25,914 bases of DNA from Octopus sinensis (lineage: Eukaryota). A program made the translations under genes and the position numbers. The stretch covers positions 1 through 25,914 of the forward strand of contig NW_021835652.1 in the NCBI RefSeq assembly GCF_006345805.1, read 5' to 3'. How positions within the stretch are numbered: the first letter of the stretch is position 1; every line of letters begins with the position of its first letter. This document shows positions 1 to 11,306 of the stretch, piece by piece. The notes beneath the pieces were generated by a model. It saw only the letters and a list, made by a program, of their open reading frames with translations. It searched no databases and had not been told where the DNA came from.

Positions 1-59
1 TTTCAAGGTGTACCCAATGTTACTTTCCGCAGTATCTGTGTGAGGGGTATCGTACGAAT

Positions 60-300
60 TACAATCAGCAATAGTGACAGTTTATCTCCTTGAAATATAC
101 CTCTCTTGGCGTTAACCGTCGCCAAAAATTTTCCATACGAAAAAAGATCTGTATTACGACTTTTCATTGGTCTCCTAAAAAATATTGATGTTATCAGACA
201 CATGTACAAGCTCCAGACTTTCTAGAATCTAGGAATAAGGGACCATGTTATACGCTTTCTTATAAGCAATTCATGCCATGCTCAGATTGATAAGTCTTTT
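60..300 (+). mobile_element. Possible highly decayed non-LTR reverse transcriptase fragment
   Basis: Frame from 151 reads VLRLFIGLLKNIDVIRHMYKLQTF*NLGIRDHVIRFLISN, loosely resembling the RT segment 'xxFFDLxKAYDxxxxxxILxxLxxLGIRGxxxxFI'. Weak and judged by eye only. Confidence 0.25.
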
Positions 301-309
301 CTTGCAGTC

Positions 310-899
<590 letters not shown>

Positions 900-907
<8 letters not shown>

Positions 908-1030
908 CGCTGGGGTTGACTTTGCCTTCCATCCCTTTCGGAGTCGATAAATTAAGTACCATTGAAACACCAGAGTTGATGCAATCGTCTAGTCCCCCCC
1001 CACACAATTCTATGTTTTAGTAGAAAGGAT
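900..1030 (+). mobile_element. Fragment of a second tRNA-derived SINE family (post-B-box body and tail)
   Basis: aaatccgctggggttgactttgccttccatccctttcggagtcgataaattaagtacc is the reverse complement of the unit repeated at 14810-15830 and shares the gata.aat.agtac tail motif with the other SINEs. Confidence 0.7.
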
Positions 1031-1745
1031 TATCGTCATCATTATTGTTGTTGTTGCTGTTGTTGTTGTTGGTGGCAGCGGTGGTGGTTATCATTATTTG
1101 TGTTTGCTTGTAAGGTTTCTTTGGAATCTGTTGTTTTTCTTTTTATTTGAGATTCAGCTTTTTACTGGCCCGTGTGCTAAATAGGCCAACTTGTATTGCT
1201 TACAGTGAGGTGGTTTGGCAAAAAATTCGTCCTTTGAGATTTGAAATTTAAACTTTAATATTTCAAAACAAAGTAATAACATGGCTTCCGAAATCGAGTG
1301 ATGTGATAGCTGTTGGAATAGCCATTATGACATTATTTTCCCAACATTAATACATATGGTTTGACGACAAATCATGGACAACAATAACAAAAACAACAAC
1401 TGTGATGTGAAGAATAAATTTAAAATGTAACTAGTGCAAACTCCACCATCATGAATACTACTACCGCCACCACCAACACAAAGATTACTACAACGAAAAC
1501 AGCGGCCGTTCTTATTTCTAAACAAAATGGTAACGGTTTCCTACAAGGGTTTCGTTTGAATGGTGAAAGTTAACATGTTACCAAAAAACTTTAAGTGGCT
1601 TCAAAGTGCATGTAACAAAGAATGATAAAGTAGTAGTTGTAAACACGCCAGAGGGAACACAAGAAAATATTAGAAAACTAGTGAAAAAACTATTATATAT
1701 AAATGTATTTCAACAACAAAAAAAAGAGAGAGAACACTCGGGCGA

Positions 1746-3480
1746 GCGACGAAGATCCAGAACCAAAACTGCTTAAGAACCGTATGGGAGATAAAAATCC
1801 ATAACATCCGTGGGATATACTTTAGCACAGTTAGGGTGAAATTCCCAGCTGAAGAATTAGCCACAGATAATGCAACAATCCACAAAAGTGAAGAATTCTA
1901 GCAAACTCCATTACACCTTGGTTTGAAGAATGCTTAAAATAAAGGTAAGAGAAGTACTACTTGATGTGCAGAACTTTTAGATGGTGTCAGATTTATTATA
2001 TGGCACAGAGAATGTGCCATATAATACGTCTCAAAGTGCTCAAAACGAGAAAAGAAAATTAGTCACACACAAGAACGGAACTGTTAATACACGCCGACCT
2101 GGTGTATCGAAGCTATCCCTGATTTGCTCAATTTTATTAATGGTACATAGCTATCCGTTATAGTCGAGGGCAGAAAACCTAGATGTCACATTCGTGGAGA
2201 GACAAACCCCTTAAACGCTTTCTGTCCCATGCAAATAAAAGGAAAATCTTTGCTGCTGTAGGTACATCTAACAAAACAACACCAACATAAATAGCAACAG
2301 CACCTCCACCATCAACAGCAGCAACAAAGCTAACAGCATCAGTGCTAAGAGCTGCAGCATGCAAAGCAACAGCATCAACAGAAGGCCCAGCAAGAGAGAT
2401 CTGTTCAAGAATATTAACAGTAAGCACCCGTAACACAATCAAGGAAACTATAAGATCACTACAACCGAGAGAAGCCTCATCCACACCAGTCGACCAGACC
2501 ACTGCTTGAATATACGCGACTATGCAGATATACCTCTCCCCACCGGCTACAGATTTCCTCGACTGTGAAAACTCGTATAAGAAAGAAAATAGCTTGGGAA
2601 AAAACCATGAGAATGGATCCTGGTTGAAGAAAAAAGAAAAAAAAACTTACAAAATGAGGAGTGGCAGTGTGGTAAGTAGCTTGCTTACTAACCACATGGT
2701 TCCGGGTTCAACCCCATTGAGTGGCATCTTGGGCAAGTGTCTTCTGCTGTAGCCCCGGACCGACCAATGCCTTGTGAGTGGATTTGGTAGACGGAAACTG
2801 AAAGAAGCCTGTCGTATATATGTATATGTATATATGTATGTGTGTGTATATGTTTGTGTGTCTGTGTTTGTCCCCCTAGCATTGCTTGACGACCGATGCT
2901 GGTGTGTTTACGTCCCCGTCACTTAGCGGTTCGGCAAAAGAGACCTATAGAATAAGTACTGGGCTTACAAAAAATAAGGCGGTGCTCCAGCATGGCCGCA
3001 GTCAAATGACTGAAACAAGTAAAAGAATAAACGAGTAAAGAGTAAAGAGAGTACCAAACTGAAACCGAGGACGTTAGAAGACGAGACACGGAAACCAACA
3101 AACCATCACACACACCACAACACACACACACACACATGCACTAGTAGCACAATTACAAGCATATCCAACACTACGAACACCACCAACATTACAAGCACCT
3201 CACCAAACGAAAGCAGCATTACAAGAACAGCACTCCCAATGCATCATCAGTTAACCGGCCATAGACACAAACAACAAAATTAAATAAAACATATTTAAAA
3301 ATACACAAACTCTATATCGAACGCCACTATATCCCTATTCACATAAAAATTATAAAGAACAATGCAACAAACTTAACGAACTAAAAGAAAAATATCCCTA
3401 AATAATGAGAGATTTCCATAGAGCCATAAACAAAAGATTCTACAAAGAAATGCTTGTAGAGGTACCACAAAAAGTCAAAA
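1746..3480 (+). pseudogene. LINE ORF1 (gag-like) remnant with a degenerate CCHC knuckle
   Basis: 1746: ATKIQNQNCLRTVWEIKIHNIRGIYFSTVRVKFPAEELA. ~2157-2228: VIVEGRKPRCHIRGETNPLNAFCP, i.e. Cx2(C>R)x4(H>P)x4C, followed by an Ala/Thr/Pro-rich linker. Confidence 0.6.
2657..3050 (+). mobile_element. tRNA-derived CORE-like SINE (family 1), near full length
   Basis: A-box-like tggcagtgtgg, B-box-like ggttcaacccc, CORE-like cttgggcaagtgtcttctgct, internal (TA)(TG) microsatellite, conserved 3' half and (gagtaaa)n tail. Candidate degenerate TSD tacaaaatg (2648-2656) / taccaaactg (3052-3061). Confidence 0.92.
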
Positions 3481-3535
3481 AGACAGAACACCTGAGTCTC
3501 TATAGATATAGTGATTCTCTTTTTCTCCCACAAAC

Positions 3536-4215
3536 ATAGCCTTGCTCAGAATAGACAGTATATATGCATCTGTCCTGGGGTCACCGTGGAAACAAGGCCA
3601 CCTTCTCAATGACCTCCGGTCATTAAATATAGCTGTCGTGGTTACCAGCGACACCAGAATTTTCAGTCGACAAGCTTTAATGCTCATTTTCGGTAGATAT
3701 AAGGTATACTTATCTCCATGCTAAACGGGAATGGGGAGTGGAACTACGGTGTTGGTCCGAAAAGGCCTGGATCTCAAGATAAGTTCCATCCTCTTCGTCC
3801 CAGAGGAAAAATTGGTGGTCCTGGATGTGAATACTACTGAGCAGTGTGCTTTCAGACCGCTGGCTGTTTATGCTCTGTCAGAAGCAGTATAGTCGGATTT
3901 CTACAAACTTTTGGAGTATTTTCTGGTAACGTCTCAATCTTTAGTCCATCTTGGACGCACGTTTAGATTGTGTAGGGTTTAGCTGTTAGAAGACGGGTTT
4001 GTGCATGCTCTCGCAAACTTACTCAGACGTTTTCAACTGTTTGATAGGTACCGACTGGATATCCCGAATCTGAAAATTTAGACATGGAGGAACTGTATCA
4101 GGCCATCTAGGTCGTACCTAGATAGAGTAATCAAGCAGAAAAGGAAAGCGTAAGCTATCGACTTTTCAAAATTGTCAGCTACACAGATCACAAATTTGTG
4201 ATCTGCACGTCTCGT
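3536..4215 (+). pseudogene. LINE ORF2 apurinic-type endonuclease domain remnant
   Basis: LRIDSIYASVLGSPWKQGHLLNDLRSLNIAVVVTSDTR (decayed N-terminal 'NxxGL...xxETR' motifs), LAVYA, TWRN...SYLDRV and FKIVSYTDHKFVI (SDH-type motif) occur in the correct order. Confidence 0.85.
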
Positions 4216-4689
4216 CACAACTTTTTTCATATTCTCGTTCTTGCACAAGGAAACTTTTTGGGTGATTTTTGATTTGAGGAATGCACACGCTAGGTTTTGA
4301 TTTTATGGCATGCTCAGTATCACAATTAGTACTGTGGAAGGCTCTTCTCATTTTGACACATTGTGTTAATAACACAATCTAAATGTGCGTCCAAGATGGC
4401 GTTCTAGTTACCCAATTGAACTAAAGGTTGAGACGTTCCCAGAAATCAATTTGATGTAAGTATTCTGATCTAGGATGACGATATAAAATCTTATAAGGAT
4501 CTTCAAAGGAAATAAAGTGTTTGTGATTGCAAAAAGCAGAATTCTCTGGATAGACGTTAGGGTATAATATTTAGAGTCATTTTGCTGCCATATCTAGTAG
4601 TTCCTTTGATCAGGAAAAGGAAGCTTTGCTTCCTCGGAAGATGGCGTTTGACTGCGCGACATCTGCTTAATGCAATGCGTGAGCGAAGG

Positions 4690-5140
4690 GGTGATGTTGG
4701 TAGTGTTGGTGGCGGTGAGGTTGTTAGTGCTGACGGCAGTGTTCGTAATGGTGGAGGTGGCACCGAGGGTTGTGTTGGTGGCGTTACCGGTTTAACTGGC
4801 GACGGTGTTGTAGTTAGCGGCGGCGGCGGCGGTGGTGTAAGTGGTTTGGTGATGATAATGGCGAAGATGGCGGCGTTTGTGAGAGTGATGGTGCTGGTTG
4901 TATTAGCAATAGTGGGAAAAGTGGCGATGGCATTGTTGGTGCTAGTTGTGTTGGTGGTGGTGGTGGTTGTCGTCGTCGTGGTGGTCGTGGTGATGGCGTT
5001 GGTGATATTGATGTTGGTAATGGTAGGAAAGGTGGTATTTGTGGTGGCGGAATGATGATGGTTTTGTTGGTGCCAGCGTTGGTATTGTTTGTGTTGTTGT
5101 CGTTGTTGTACCTACTGCTTTTGTTGTTGGTATTGGTGGC
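4690..5140. repeat. Degenerate GGT/GTT/GAT trinucleotide low-complexity tract
   Basis: Interrupted GGT, GGC, GTT and GAT runs that generate V/G-rich pseudo-ORFs. Confidence 0.9.
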
Positions 5141-5146
5141 ATTAGC

Positions 5147-5669
5147 TTTGTACTTAATAAGTCATTAGATTGCGCCCATGTTGGGGCACCACATTGAAGG
5201 CGGTGTGAGCAGCTTGTTCAGCTAAACCCTTCGGGCGCTTAAATGAATAAGTCGATCACATTACTCATTGATATTTTCAAAGCCTGGTCTTTATTCCATC
5301 GGTCTCTTTTTGCCGAACCCCTATGGCACGTGACGTAAACAAACCAACGCTGGTTGTCAAATTGTGGTTGGGGACAAACACAAAGAAGCGCATACACATA
5401 AAGATAGACACACATACACAGACACTCACTCATTCCCCCACACACACACATACTCTCTTTTACTCTTTTACTTGTTTCAGTCATTTGACTGCGGCCATGC
5501 TGGAGCACCACCTTTCGTCGAGCAAATCGACCCCGGGACTTATTCTTTGTAAGCCCAGTACTTATTCTATCGGTTTCTTTTGCCGAACTGCTAAGTGACG
5601 GGGACGTAAACATACCAGCATCGGTTGTCAAGCAATGTTGGGGGGACAAACACAGACACACAAACATAT

Positions 5670-5712
<43 letters not shown>

Positions 5713-6055
5713 TACGACAGGCTTCTTTCAGTTTCTGTCTACCAAATCCACTCAAAAGGCATTGGTCGGCCCGAGGCTATAGCAGAAGACACTTGCCCAA
5801 GAAGCCACGCAGTGGGACTGAACCCGGAACCATGTGGTTGGTAAGCAAGCTACTTACCACACAGCCACTCCTGCGCCTATATACATATGTATATACTACG
5901 AGCTTCTTTCAGTTTCTGTCAACTAGATTCACTAACAAGACTTTGGTCGGCCCCGGGCAATAATAGAAAACACTTGCCTATGATGCCACGCAGTGGGATT
6001 GAACCTTATGCTATGTGGTTGAAAGGCAAACTCCTTACCACAGAGCCGTGCTTGT
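5147..6055 (-). mobile_element. Older diverged SINE copy split by a younger copy (3' half 5147-5452, head 5878-6055)
   Basis: Both halves are reverse-complement SINE segments in the correct order, more diverged than the insert and joined through the SINE's internal microsatellite. Confidence 0.8.
5453..5877 (-). mobile_element. Young full-length family 1 SINE
   Basis: Reverse complement starts ggcgcaggagtggctgtgtggtaagtagcttgcttaccaaccacatggttccgggttcagtccc and ends in an (agagtaaa)n tail. Confidence 0.95.
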
Positions 6056-6074
6056 GGGGATGTTATAGATACCG

Positions 6075-7190
6075 CTAGTGGTGTCGGAGATGATGGAAGC
6101 GATGGTGGTGGTGGTAATGGTGTTGATATTGGTGATGCTGTTGTTGGTGGTGGGGGGCAATAGTGGTGGGGAAATCGATGATGATGATGCTGATGCTAAT
6201 GCTGATGATGGGGGTAATAGCAGAGATGTATTTTTTTGTTTTTGTGTGGCTATGACGATCCATAGTCGTAGTAGCCGTGGCGGAGGGTAACACTGTAGCG
6301 GATATGAAGACAGTGGCGACAGCAGCGGCAGTGATGGTGGTGGTGGTGGTGGTGGTGGTGGTGGTGGTGGTGATGATGGGGGCTATGGGCGTTACGCGTT
6401 AGGTTTTCTCTTGTTGTTGTTGTTGTTGTTGTTATTGTTGTTGTATTAGTGAGGATGCTGATAAATGGTGGCGGCGAAAGTGTACGTGTTGGTGGTGGTG
6501 GTGGTGGCGGTGGTATTTGTGATGGTAAACAGTAGAGGTGATGAATGGTAGTAGCGGCGGCGGCGGCGGGAGTGGTGGTGATGATAATGATGATGTAGTG
6601 GAGGGTAAAGGTGGAGGATGAGGAGGTGGTGACGGTGGTGGTGGTGGTGGTGGTGGTGGTAGATTGGAAAGTTGATGAACGGCAATGATGATGGTGGTGG
6701 TGATGATGATGATAGTGGTGGTCGTGGTGTAGTAGAGGTGAGAGCGGATGATGGTGGGAGTGGTGGTTATGGAGGTGGTGGCTAAGATGGTGGTGGTTGT
6801 GGTAGTGGCGGTGATGGTTGTGGTGGTTTTGGCGGCGGAGGGGGGAAGAGGGCTTTAATGGAGGTGGATGTTGTGGATGAAGAACTGTCGTTGTTGTCGT
6901 TGTTGCTGTTGTTGTTGTTGTTGGTGGTGGTAGTGGTGGCGGTTGTAGTACTGGTGGTTATGATGGTAGTTTTGGTTGTGGTGGTGGTGGCGACGGTGAG
7001 AGCGGGAGCGGGGGTTGGGAGTGGCCGAAGCAGCGCTGATGACGATGATGATGACGTTGGTTGTTACTGTGGTTGTTGTTTTTGTTGTTGCGGTGGTAGT
7101 GGCAATGCTGGGAACAGATGTGGTGGTAGATGGCGATGGAGCAGAGGTGGTTGTGAGCTTGGTATAGTAGTTATGGTGGCGATGCTGGGA
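6075..7190. repeat. Degenerate GGT/GAT/GTT trinucleotide low-complexity tract
   Basis: Interrupted trinucleotide runs throughout. Confidence 0.9.
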
Positions 7191-7369
7191 ACGAAGTCTG
7201 TTTGTGTTAGATTCTTTTAAAAATAATATGGCGTCGAATAAATAAATAAATAAATAAATTATCACAAAACATGAAAAAACAACAAAAATATATAAACAAA
7301 TAAATGTTAAGAAAAAAGATTGTAAATATTTTTTACTGTCTTTCCACATCCACCTTCACTCCCACGTAG

Positions 7370-7930
7370 AAGGAAGGACGGAAGGAAGGAAAAAGAAGAA
7401 AGGAAGGAGGAAAGATAGAAAGAAAGTAGGAAAGAAGGAAAGAAATAAGGAAGTGAAAAAAGATAGAAAAGAAGGAAGAATAGAAGGAAAGAGAGAAAGA
7501 AATAAGAAAAGAGAAAACATACGAAGAAAGGAAGAAGGAATGAAAGAAACAAGAGAGAAGGAAAGAAACAGAAGTGAAAGAAGGAAGAAAGAGGAAGAGG
7601 AAGGAAATGAAGACAGGAAAAAAATGGAAAGAAACAGGGGAAGAAGCGAATATGTACGAAAGAAAGTAATAAAAGAAAAGGAATGACAGAAGGAAGAAAT
7701 AAAGAAAGAAGCGATTGAATGAATGAAGTAACGAAAGGGGTAGCCGGAGAAGAAAGAAACTACGAAAGAAACTAAGGAATGAGCGAAGGAAATATATAGG
7801 AAAGGAAGGAGAGAAAAGACAAATAAGTTAAGACTGGCGGTGAAGGAGGAAGAAAGGAAAGAGGTCAGAAGAGAAGAAGGAAGGAAGAAAGGAGGGAAGG
7901 AATGTGGTAGGGTAGGTAGGAGGGGGAGAA
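7370..7930. repeat. Polypurine (GAA/GGAA/AGAA) tract
   Basis: About 560 bp that is strongly A/G-biased on the + strand. Confidence 0.9.
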
Positions 7931-8068
7931 GGTGAGATAACGGCTGAGATTGGCATCATGTCATTTCGGGTGCTTTATCATCGTTGAATACAACACCCGG
8001 TTTAAAACAGATGTGTACCATGGCATAGATATATTCCATTAATATGAATGGGAAAACAATATACCAAG

Positions 8069-8069
<1 letters not shown>

Positions 8070-8103
<34 letters not shown>

Positions 8104-8387
8104 TGTCTGTGTGTGTGTGTGTGTGGGTGGGTGTGTCTGTGTGTGTGTGTGTGTGCATGTATGCAGGCGTATATATATTACCGCAAATGTATATTCTTAA
8201 TGAGGGTGTATATGCATGATGTATGCAAACATATGTATATGTGGATATACATGGGTATGCATACATACACGCATACATATATACATACATATATATATAC
8301 ATACATACATAAATACATACATAATACATACATACGTAAATATTTACATATATATATATATATATATATATATAAATTATGTATTAT

Positions 8388-8431
<44 letters not shown>

Positions 8432-8441
8432 GTAAATATAT
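8070..8441. repeat. Compound (GT)n/(TACA)n/(TA)n/(CA)n microsatellite
   Basis: Direct inspection. Confidence 0.92.
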
Positions 8442-8880
8442 AAAGTTAATCCAAACAAGAAAACAAAAAGACAACAACGCGAGGATGTGGAACAAATAAA
8501 GTATTATTGGACGCTCAGGAAAGAAGGGAAGAAGGAGGGTATGACGTTTCGAGCGGAGCTCTTCGTCGGAAACATAGGAGAAAGAAAGATCCCGAGACGG
8601 GAGGACAGAGGAAAAAAAATTGCAGGTAGTCTTCACGAGGTCACATACTAAAAAGACGGAAGTGGTAAAAAAGGAAGAAAATGTTTTTAAAAACAGGAGA
8701 GCTGAATCAAAGAAGGAATGGTAAAAAAAGTGTGCGAGATGACAAGGGTGTGTGTGTGTGTGTGTGCGTGTGTGTGTATGTGTGTGTATGGTGGACAATG
8801 GCTAGTAGCAGGCAGTAGTAGAATTAAAGGAGTGGCGTGGGGGTACCCTAGCAAGTCAGAAAGGCAGGTCAGAAACAGGG
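8442..8880 (-). mobile_element. Short Penelope-like (pLTR-type) repeat, copy 1
   Basis: 8442-8645 is clearly homologous to 16598-16803 and carries the minus-strand motif CCGACGAAGAGC..GCTCGAAACGT, a C(T/C)GANGA...GAAAC arrangement typical of Penelope ends. Flanked by (CA)n(TA)n. Extent beyond 8645 is uncertain. Confidence 0.55.
8539..8573 (-). ncRNA. Candidate minimal variant hammerhead ribozyme (type I, palindromic stem III)
   Basis: Minus strand GUUU-CCGACGAA-GAGC-UCC-GCUC-GAAA-CG-UC-AUAC, with a GUC triplet, U4>C and an extra A in the core. Confidence 0.45.
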
Positions 8881-10102
8881 AGGTATGTGTGTGTGCGTGT
8901 ATATGTATCGTGTGTGTGTTTTGTTGTAGTATGTGTGTGTGTACGTGTGCGTTTTTTGTGTGTATGGCGGGTAACTGTGCTTAACTAAGTGTATGTGTGC
9001 GTGTGTGCTTGTACGTGCGTATATGTATAATTGTGTGCGTGTATGTATGTGTGTGCGTGTATGTATGGTTGTGTTCCGTATGGGATGTATGTGTGGGTTC
9101 ATTTGTGTGTGTGTGTGCATGTGCGTGTGTCTGTATGTGAGTGTAGTTGTGGTGGAGGTATATGTTGTGTGTATGTATATGTGTCGGTGTGTATGTGAAT
9201 TAGTGTGTGTTTGTACGTGTGTATGTGTGTGTGCGTGTATTGTATATATATGTAAATGTGTGTGTGTGCGTGCGTGGGAGTGAATGTATGTATGTATGTG
9301 CGTGTGTGTACAAATGTAGGGGTTTATATGTCTGTGTATATGTTTATATGTGTGTATATATATGCATGCAAGGACACACTTCGCAACTGAAAGACTGATG
9401 GAAAAGACTCTTGCGGTGGAGGGCGCATGCGAATCCCCAGGCACACACGCATGCGCCCAGACGTACGCCCGAAATAAAGCCAGACCCCACAGGCATGCGT
9501 GCATGCATGTGTGTATGTGTGCGCGCGCGCGCGCATGCATGTGTCTGCGTGTGAATGTGAGTGTCTGTGTAGGTATGTGTGTGTGTATGTACGTATGTAT
9601 GTGTGAGTGTGTATGTGTGTATGTCTGTGTGTATGTATGTCCGTATGAGTGTATGTAAGTATATGTGTATGTATATGTGTATGTGTATGTGTGTATGTGT
9701 GTGTGCGTGTATGTATGTGTGTATGTATGTATGTATGTATGTGTGTGTGTATGTGTGTATGTATGTGTGTATGTGTGGAAGTGTGTGTGTGTGTATGTAT
9801 GTATGTAGGTATGTATGTGTGTGTATGTATGTATGTGTGCATGCGTGTATGTGTGTGTATGTATGTATGTTTGTGTGCATGCGTGTATGTGTGTATGTGT
9901 GTATGCGTGTGTGTATGTATGTATGTATGCATGTCTTGTGTATGTATGTGTGTGTATGTGTGTGTGTATGTGTGTATGTGTGTAGGTATGTATGTGTGTG
10001 TGTATGTGTGTATGTATGTATGTGTGTATGTATGTAAGTGTGTGTGCGTGTATGTATGTATGTGTGCGCGCGTGCATGCATGTATGTGTGTATGTATGTG
10101 TG

Positions 10103-10122
<20 letters not shown>
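8880..10122. repeat. Long compound (GT)/(GTAT)/(GC)/(TA) alternating purine-pyrimidine region
   Basis: Direct inspection, with a short unique island at ~9365-9495. Confidence 0.9.
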
Positions 10123-10138
<16 letters not shown>

Positions 10139-10194
10139 TAGATAGATAGATAGATAGATAGATTGATTGATAGATAGATAGATAGATAGATATT

Positions 10195-10260
<66 letters not shown>
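10123..10260. repeat. (GATA)n microsatellite
   Basis: Near-perfect tetranucleotide run. Confidence 0.95.
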
Positions 10261-10261
<1 letters not shown>

Positions 10262-10281
10262 ATACAAAATATATATTATTA

Positions 10282-10441
10282 GGCGCAGAAGCGGCTGTAT
10301 AGTAAGTAACTTGCTTCCCAACAACATGGTTCCGGGTTCAGTCCCACTGCGTGAAACCTTGGGCAAGTGCCTTCTGCTATAGCCTCGAGCCGACTAAAGC
10401 CTTGGATTTGGTAGACGAAACTGAAAGAAGCCTGTCGCATG

Positions 10442-10476
<35 letters not shown>

Positions 10477-10703
10477 ATGTGTGTGTGTGTGTGTGCGTGT
10501 GTGTGTGTGTGTATTTGACCCCGACCAACATAGCTTGACAATCGATGCTGCTGTTTTTACGTCTCCGTAACATAGTGGTTCGACATAAGAGACCGATAGA
10601 ATAAGTACTAGGCATACAAAGAATAAGTCCTGGGGTCTATTTGCTCGAGAAAAGGCGGTGCTCCAGCATGGCCGCAGTCAAATGACTGAAACAAATACAA
10701 GAA
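10282..10703 (+). mobile_element. Family 1 SINE, full length, moderately diverged
   Basis: Starts ggcgcagaagcggctgtatagtaag, B box ggttcagtccc, CORE-like segment, internal (TA)(TG), tail aatgactgaaacaaatacaagaat. Confidence 0.92.
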
Positions 10704-10761
10704 TATGTATGTATATATGTATGTATATATGTTATATATATAAATATATATATATATATAA

Positions 10762-10845
<84 letters not shown>
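10704..10845. repeat. (TA)n microsatellite
   Basis: Long TA run with few interruptions. Confidence 0.95.
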
Positions 10846-10848
<3 letters not shown>

Positions 10849-10850
10849 AA

Positions 10851-10930
10851 TAAATAAATGGAGTTGAACGCGGATGCTATTCAAATTCAAAAGAATTTGA
10901 ATATCGCCTGCGTTCAACTCCATTTATTTA
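10851..10930. repeat. 80-bp hairpin (inverted repeat)
   Basis: Perfect 21-bp outer arms taaataaatggagttgaacgc / gcgttcaactccatttattta and perfect 11-bp inner arms tattcaaattc / gaatttgaata around an aaaa loop. Confidence 0.9.
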
Positions 10931-11079
10931 TTATACTATACAAATTACTGCACATTAAACCCGGCGTTTCTACCGTTGAATAGGTCGCTACATCCTTGTT
11001 ACTTGCGGGAATTTTGCTACCCTGGTAACTGTTTATTGAATTTTCCATGTTAACGGTAAACAAAGGATAATTCATTCAT

Positions 11080-11118
<39 letters not shown>

Positions 11119-11143
11119 TATATATGTGAATGTATATATATAT

Positions 11144-11179
<36 letters not shown>

Positions 11180-11306
11180 CATATGTATATATATCTATGA
11201 TATATATGTATATATGTTATATATATATAATATATATATATAAATATATATTATATATATATATATATACATATATGAGAAGGTTTGGAGGTGATGTACA
11301 GGTATT

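Larger units (their letters stand above)
1640..4215 (+). mobile_element. L1/Tx1-like LINE 5' portion (ORF1 + ORF2 endonuclease), decayed, interrupted by a SINE, truncated before the RT
   Basis: ORF1-like remnants with a gag-type zinc knuckle are followed by an AP-endonuclease reading frame (see sub-features). Many stops and frameshifts. The 5' boundary is approximate. Confidence 0.75.

Noticed and set aside
2657-2720. SINE heads as true tRNA genes
   Set aside because: The A/B boxes are followed by CORE-like SINE bodies and lack a proper acceptor stem.
4215-4680. Possible minus-strand RTE-like remnant (..RYGSKMTL.., ..QRILLFAITN..)
   Set aside because: The similarity is too fragmentary to support by eye and would need tBLASTx or an HMM search.
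4557-7686. V/G/T/H/E/K-rich ORFs
   Set aside because: They arise from trinucleotide and polypurine low-complexity tracts and from SINE sequence.
9365-9495. Possible Penelope GIY-YIG C-terminal coding remnant on the minus strand
   Set aside because: There is only a vague resemblance (ACGVWLYFGRTSGRMR) and no diagnostic motif.
8869-10366. Long His/Thr/Tyr- or Cys/Val/Met-rich ORFs (402, 340 and 202 aa)
   Set aside because: These are translations of (CA/TACA)n microsatellites, with no domain or codon structure.
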